In this document: piece after piece, positions 56,484-64,000 of the stretch
How positions within the stretch are numbered: position 1 is the stretch's first letter
How the letters are laid out: the number at the start of each line of letters is the position of its first letter
Source: the human T2T-CHM13v2.0 reference genome, Homo sapiens
Assembly (NCBI GenBank): GCA_009914755.4
Contig: CP068257.2
Span: 28,512,001 to 28,576,000, forward strand
DNA: 64,000 nt
Reading direction: 5' to 3'
The notes under the pieces: generated by a model
What the model was told of the DNA's origin: nothing
Databases searched by the model: none
Seen by the model: the letters and a program-made list of their open reading frames with translations, nothing else
Program-made: the position numbers and the translations under genes

Positions 56484-57525
56484 TCAAAAGTCTGTGATTT
56501 AGCAATGAGGAAACTGACTCAGGAATTAGTTACATACATTGCTCAAGGATATGCAGTTAATTAAGGAAAATTGAAATACTGGCTTCCTGAGTGAGGTTCT
56601 AGTCTTCTTCAATCAACACTAGGCTTGATAGATTTGGGAGGAGAGCTTTCTGATTAAATCTTGATTTATAAAAGCATTCTCCAACGTAATAATGCCAGCT
56701 GTGTTCTAAATGCTAAAAGACTGCCTTTATGTCACAGCTTATTTTGAAATTTATAAGAATAGATGGGACAGAGATACTACTGGAGTATGCCTGCCACATT
56801 TGCTATAAAAGAAGAAAGAAAAGATTTGATCTGAGCCTCCTCACTATTAATGCAATATTTTCTCCTCAGCTCACGTTCTACAGTGAGTTGGGCAAGCACT
56901 CTGTGAAATTATTTCCACTACAAAGTCAGTAGAGTAAGAATGTAAAGTATATTCAAGACAGATATCCCAAAACTTGATGAAACCAGTAGCCTTTAGATCA
57001 ATTAGTGACGATCTACTTTTAAAAAAATCCAGAGATCAATGAAGCAGAATAAATAGCTCAGAAACAGACAGTGAGATATGTATGCATTTTTACTTGATAA
57101 ATAAGGCATCAGTAAACTACAGGGAATGGATTATTTAACAAATGGAGCTGAAAATTTTACTACTTAGGAAATTAAAAGTTTATATTCACCTTTTACCATG
57201 TTAAAAAAGTAAATTCTCTCTGTGAAATAAGATGGCTTGCTGGTTGAAATGTAAAAATCAAAGAGTGAAATAAAAGCAGAAACTGAATGTATTGTGTTGT
57301 GGTTTAAGGATAGAAATCAAAGTGAAACTGATATTTGTTTATATGAATTGTCAACTTATTTTTTTCCCACTTGGATATTTCCAAAACCCTTTAGTTAAAT
57401 TTAAAATATGAAGCCTTTATCAAACTAGCTCTCAGTCTTCACTTAAGATGAGTAATTTTTCTTGAAGCATGGTAAAACAGCTGTCTTTCAATCATAAATA
57501 TTTCCACAGATCTAGAAAATATTGC

Positions 57526-57818
57526 TGGCTGTGTGCAGGGGCTCATGCCTGTAATCCCAACACTTTGGGAGGCTGAGGTGGCAAGATCACTTGTAGCCAG
57601 GAGTTTGAGATCAGCCTGGGCAACATAGTGAGACCTCTTCTCTACAAAAATAAAAATAAAAATTAGCTGAGTGTGGTGGTGCATGCCTGTAGTCCCAACT
57701 ACTTGGGAGGCTGAGTCTTGAACTCAGGAGTTGGAGGATATGGTGGCAAGCTATGATCAAGTTGCTGCACTCCAGCCTGGCGCAACAGAACAAGACCCCT
57801 CAAGACTCTCAAAAAAAA
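57526..57818 (+). mobile_element. Full-length Alu SINE (sense)
   Basis: ggctgtgtgcaggggctcatgcctgtaatcccaacactttgggaggctgaggtggcaagatcacttgtagccaggagtttgagatcagcctgggcaacatagtgagacc … ctgcactccagcctggcgcaacagaacaagacccctcaagactctcaaaaaaaa. ORFs 57439..57684 and 57611..57793 translate it. Confidence 0.95.
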
Positions 57819-58020
57819 GGAAAAGATACAAAAATATTTTTTGATTCTTCCTTTTTTCTCTTGCTCACCTGTCATTTTTTATCCCCCTTTATAACTTCTC
57901 ATCAATTTCTCATCAGCTTTTCTCATTGTTTGATTACTTTCCTCAGAGTTTAATGGTCTTTCCTCATCCTTTTCCTCCGCAGTCCTGTTTTGATTTTCTG
58001 CCAAGTTAAATATCTACTGT

Positions 58021-58171
58021 TTTTTGTTGCTGTTGTTGTTTGTAGAGATAGGATCTCACTATGTGGCCCAGGTTGGTCTTGAATTCGTGGCCTTAAAGGA
58101 TTCTTCTATCTCTACCTCTCAACTTATCGCCCAAAATGCTGGGATTATAGGCATGAGCCACCATGCCCAGC
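58021..58171 (-). mobile_element. Partial Alu (antisense, about one monomer) with a (TTG)n-like tail
   Basis: tttttgttgctgttgttgtttgtagagataggatctcactatgtggcccaggttggtcttgaattcgtggcc…cccaaaatgctgggattataggcatgagccaccatgcccagc. Confidence 0.8.
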
Positions 58172-58210
58172 TTGTTTTTCATATATTTATATCCTTAAAA
58201 TATACTCATT

Positions 58211-58340
58211 TAGCCAGGCATGGCGGCATGCCTCTGTAATCCCAGCTGCTCGAGAGGCTGAAACAGGAGGATCACTTGAGCCCAGAAGTCCAGCCAGAGC
58301 AACATGGGAAGGCTCATCTGTTAATAATTAAAAATAAAAT
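58211..58340 (+). mobile_element. Partial Alu / free left Alu monomer-like element (sense) with an A-rich tail
   Basis: gccaggcatggcggcatgcctctgtaatcccagctgctcgagaggctgaaacaggaggatcacttgagcccagaagtccagccagagcaacatgg…aaaataaaat. Confidence 0.6.
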
Positions 58341-58504
58341 ACACTGTATACATTTATTGATTTTCCTCACTATTAAAATATTCAGTCACTAAAAAATGAG
58401 AGTAAAAAAATTATTAACAAAATAGTAATCACACTTACTTTTACATTTTCATCTTTTTCTTTTCAGCCATTCTTTTCATGTATACATATGCAAGTGCATT
58501 GTTT

Positions 58505-58552
58505 GTGTATGTGTGAGAGAGACAGAAGGAGAGAGAGAGAGAGGAGAGAGGG
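58505..58552. repeat. (GA)n-rich polypurine tract
   Basis: gtgtatgtgtgagagagacagaaggagagagagagagaggagagagggag. Confidence 0.7.
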
Positions 58553-58889
58553 AGTTTAAATCATGATAATGGTAATTATGCACTTTAGAACTGTTTTTGT
58601 CCTATTTTGATAACATTATAGCATAACATTATATACTGACTCCTCAGTAGCAGGGAAATATGCATTGAATGGATGGATGCACCATCGTTAATTGAACCTT
58701 TCTCCCTGTGGAACACATAGACTATTTCCAACTTTCCATCATTATAAATAGTGCTTAGATTAATAGGCATTTACAAAACATTTGTGAACATCTCCGATTA
58801 TTACTAAGCATAAATTTCTAGATTACAACATTTTATCTCACATGCCTTTTAAAAAAATTTTTGTCTTCCCTTGGGGAAAATGTAACTAA

Positions 58890-59276
<387 letters not shown>

Positions 59277-59726
59277 TGAATAAGCATTAAACTAGAATGT
59301 GGTGCACACCACAAGCAATCTGCTCAGAGATTGAAAAGACAGAAACAAACCTTACCTTTTTGCATAGCCATGCAGAAGCAACCGTTATATACATGTGTTC
59401 AAGATAAACAATACCTAGTTCTCAAGTAAGAGAACTTGGCACCATTTGTCACACAAAGTCCATCCTAAATTCACCTGGTAATTGGAGTGACCATCTGTGT
59501 CAGCTAATTAGCTTCATCCAGAGGAGAAACAAATTTTCTATGTCTTTATGACATGAGTTATTTTGCAAATTGGAGCAGATGTCCACTGAAGTTAGGCTCC
59601 TAGCCTTCCCCAGAAACCGGGAGATAGGGTTAGGGATGCTGTCTCCCTTCACATTTACATTAGGAAGAGATGGCCCAGGTCCTTGAGAAAGATATTCCTG
59701 GGTCATAAAACTGACGAAAGGTCTGA

Positions 59727-60077
<351 letters not shown>

Positions 60078-60102
60078 TGAAAGAAAAATTTCCCTTTAAG
60101 TT

Positions 60103-60323
60103 GTTTTTGTTGTTGTTGTTGTTGTTTTTTAATACTTTAAGTTTTAGGGTACATGTGCACAACGTGCAGGTTTGTTACATATGTATACATGTGCCATGTT
60201 GGTGTGCGGCACCCATTAACTTGTCATTTAACATTAGGTATATCTCCTAATGCTATCCCTCCCCCCTCCCCCCTCCCCCCACCCCACCACAGGCCCCGGT
60301 GTGTGATGTTCCCCTTCCTTGTG
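60103..60323 (-). mobile_element. Short (~190 bp) young L1 3'-end insertion (antisense) with a (TTG)n-evolved tail and 13-bp target-site duplications
   Basis: ttaatactttaagttttagggtacatgtgcacaacgtgcaggtttgttacatatgtatacatgtgccatgttggtgtgcggcacccattaacttgtcatttaacattaggtatatctcctaatgctatccctcccccctcccc…ggccccggtgtgtgatgttcccc is the reverse complement of the L1PA/L1HS-type 3' terminus. TTCCCTTTAAGTT occurs at 60090..60102 and 60324..60336. The (TTG)n/T tail is at 60103..60130. Confidence 0.8.
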
Positions 60324-62087
60324 TTCCCTTTAAGTTCTTAACAACTGTACTGTAAGCCTGGAATGGACCAAAGATGGTTCCAAAATCGTTGGTGGTCTTT
60401 CCATTGAGAAGAGGGGCCTGTTTTTCTTCTCCTTGACCTGGGACTGTCTTTGACCAATTGCATATGGTGAAAGTGACTCGTATTTTTCCCCCTTTGGATT
60501 CTTAAAGCTCTCAGCTATTCTGCTGACAAACTCCCTTGGTGAAAAGATAAGGTGGAGAGGCCATAAGACCACATATAGGGGAATCATTGCCAAGGCACCA
60601 GGCAGTGAGGAAAACTGTTGACACTTTATACACTAGCTACTAACTGAAGAGGATGCTACAGGCCAGCTGAGCCCTGCCTAAATTCCTATCCCATGAAATA
60701 ATATCTAAAAACAGTCCGTGTTTTGAGTCACCAAGTTTTGAGATTTTGTGTTATACAGCAAGTAAAGATTTCAGCCATTGTGGGTTCATTGGCTCAATGC
60801 ACAGCAAGTTAATATACTGAGTGAGATACCAGAGATTGCGGCAGACAGAGTCTAATAATCATATGAGAAGGGAGGAAACCTCAAATCCTCCTCTCCAAGG
60901 AGTATGGGGCTGGAGGTTTTAAGGAGCTAGGAGTGGGCAGAAATGTGGGATCCGTGATTGGTGGCAGAGTGCAGAATGAAGTCTTGGGGCGGGGAGAGGA
61001 AGAAACTGCATTATCATCCTGATTTCATTCTTCTCTGGGGCTCTTCAAACTGGTAGCGTCAGGCTTCTGCTGGCATCCAGGATCTGAAGAACATCTTGAA
61101 CAATTCTTAAACAAAAGCCTTATGATTCTAACTTTGGAAATCCTATCTATGGAAACAGTGGGCATGCAAATCGTCCGTATCTGGTGCTATGTGGCTTTTA
61201 GTTACAAGGAAATGGGCCAAAGGGCAGACTGATGAATGCTTAATTATAACTGTATTTCTGTTCAGAACCTGACATGTAGTTCTTGTTAACCCTGTGAATA
61301 CAGTATCATAGTCAGAGCAGGGCACAATGCTGAGTCATGTTTTTTTTTCTTTTTTCTTCCTTTAATAAAAGTAAAAGAGCACTGTATTAAGATTCAGGGC
61401 GGGCTGCAGTTGAACCAGGAGGATAGGCTTCCTTTTCCTCTGAGGGTTTCTCAGCTTTAAAGCTGGAGAGCAGTTTGATTTCCAAAGTATTTTTTTAACT
61501 TTAATATCTAATAAAATACAGTTTCTTTTTCAAAGAGGATCTCCATGTAGCCACGAAAAAATATCTACTTTCATATCAAAAATTAAAAAAGCAACATAAA
61601 AAAGTAGCCCAATTCAGAAAAAAAATAGGGGAAAAGATTCATTTGTGATGCTCACACAAATGTATTTCTACCAGGTTGCAGATTAAAAACAAAGGAAAAA
61701 GATCTTCAATCACAGACCTCCTTCCGTCTCAGGAGGGTTTCAACAACTCAAGTGCAAAATAGAGAGATCAGTAAAGAGAGAGGCAACCGTAGACAACCAA
61801 TTTAATAACCATAGAGACTGGTGGGGAGGAGGGGGATGGGTATCAGAAAAACCAAGCAAGAGGGAAAAAGCTGAGTATGGAGATGGATTGGGGTTGTTTG
61901 CTCAATGCCTGTGTTAATAAAATTTATTCTATCTTTTAAAAAAAGTTAAATAACAAATGCCAATTATTATTTTATTTTAGCCCACTGGGTAAGAAAGGTT
62001 ATATAAATTCTTCCCTGAATCAGGAAAATGCTCAACTCTGATATTTTTTATTTTTCTAAAAGGTTCTTTTAGTTTTCAGCATTTTCA

Positions 62088-62651
<564 letters not shown>

Positions 62652-64000
62652 TTAGAGTTGCTCTTCAAAGAGGATCCCCATATAGCTATGAAGAGTTAGC
62701 TACCCATAGGCGTATATAAGTAGGTGTGGGGGAGATATACAATACATGGTGATTTGAAGGACACGAAGGAAGCTCAGAGAGCAATAGTGTAGGGTAAATC
62801 TCTTTCCCAGAAGGAGCGTGGGGTGGTTGACACACTTCTGTCTCACAGCAGGACTGAGCTAACACAGCGTGGTGTGGCACAGGGGAAGATGCGTGGGTGC
62901 AGCCAGGAAGAAAGAGGTCAAGCAGAGGCCGGGATTCAACCACCCCGACAATAAAGGATGACAAGGGCATTGCCGGTGATCAAATGCCTGAAGGACAGAA
63001 TTTCTGAATGGCAAAGAAGTAACATGGAGTCTGACCAGACCAGAATATGGGCACCACAGGGCCCATGACAGAAGACCAGAAGGAAAAAGAAGGCTAGGCC
63101 ATTCGATGTTTTGTGGTTTTGTTTATCTGGTTTGTTTTCCCATGCTTAAGATGTTGAACTTGTCTGCAGGGCTGGGAAAGAATAGTTCTGAATTTGAGGA
63201 TCAACTTTGCCATATTGGAAGTAGTTTCCTTCACTTTTTTACTTGCTGGGTCCTATTTGGTGTTCCCTTACATAATTTCAGGATCTTTTCCCCTGTGGAA
63301 GTCAAGTTGCTACCATCAGCAATAGCCAATCCTGGAGTGGCAGGAATTCTTGCTGTACGTGGTGACCTAGTGACCTTAAAGTTGCTATCTGACTACTGGG
63401 AACCTGGTAAGCAGCCTCCGCACTCCCAGCTGTCCAGTGTCCTCACTCTCTGGTCTTACAGTCTCCAAGGCCCCAGGCTAAGTAGGAACCCAGCCTATGA
63501 ATAAGTCTCCCAAGGGTTTTCTGGCCCCGAGGTTATCCCCCTGAGACAGGTGAACAAAGCCTTCCCTCCTTCCAGGGTTACTTGTGAAGCAAGGAGGGCC
63601 TGAGTTTCTCTCCCACCCTCTCACTCCGAGCAGACATTCAGGCCTGGCCTTGAGCCTCTACACCAGGAATCCCCTCCTTCTTCTTAGACTCACCATTGAA
63701 CACAATGCTTCTCTTTCTTCCCGGAAGGTGGCAGCGCCTGAAACGTCTCAGAAAGCTTCCAGCCTCTGCCTGCTGGGCCTCGGCAGCAATTTGGCTTTGT
63801 TTCAGCAGTTGGATCACAGTTGAGAGGAGGGGGTTGCAGGGATACTGACAGGGAAGTCCTTCTCAGGACAAGGAAGGAGGCCTGGTGAATGGAAATACAA
63901 GGCCTACAATTGGAGTCCAAAAAAATAGAATGTTATCCCACAGGAGAAGGTAATAGATGTCAGGCACTAAAAGCAGTAAATCATCTAGAGGTTAAGAGGG

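Overview
This window is primate (almost certainly human) nuclear DNA, not a prokaryotic locus. It is AT-rich, contains more than a dozen Alu SINEs, several L1 LINE fragments, a THE1/MaLR solo LTR, hAT-type MITEs and many microsatellites, and has no operon-like gene packing. The only protein-coding gene I can support is one intact, intronless claudin ORF on the minus strand (19871..20545, 224 aa). I recognise it as claudin-17 (CLDN17), which would place the window in the chromosome 21q21.3-q22.11 CLDN17/CLDN8 region. CLDN8 would lie beyond the 3' end of the window if the orientation matches the reference; that is from memory, not computed. Every other ORF in the six-frame track is a translation of Alu, L1 ORF2, microsatellite or random sequence. 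I see no CRISPR array, no RNA gene, and no novel defence or biosynthetic system. The points worth a second look are structural: a 5'-truncated AluY fragment with perfect 16-bp target-site duplications; two approximately 90 %-similar L1 copies arranged tail-to-tail about 0.5 kb apart, one of them internally rearranged; two very short L1 3'-end insertions with intact target-site duplications; and long (TATC)n and (GAAA)n tracts that are likely hypervariable. Element boundaries were found by eye against remembered consensus sequences and may be off by up to about 10 bp. Family names for the older repeats are approximate.
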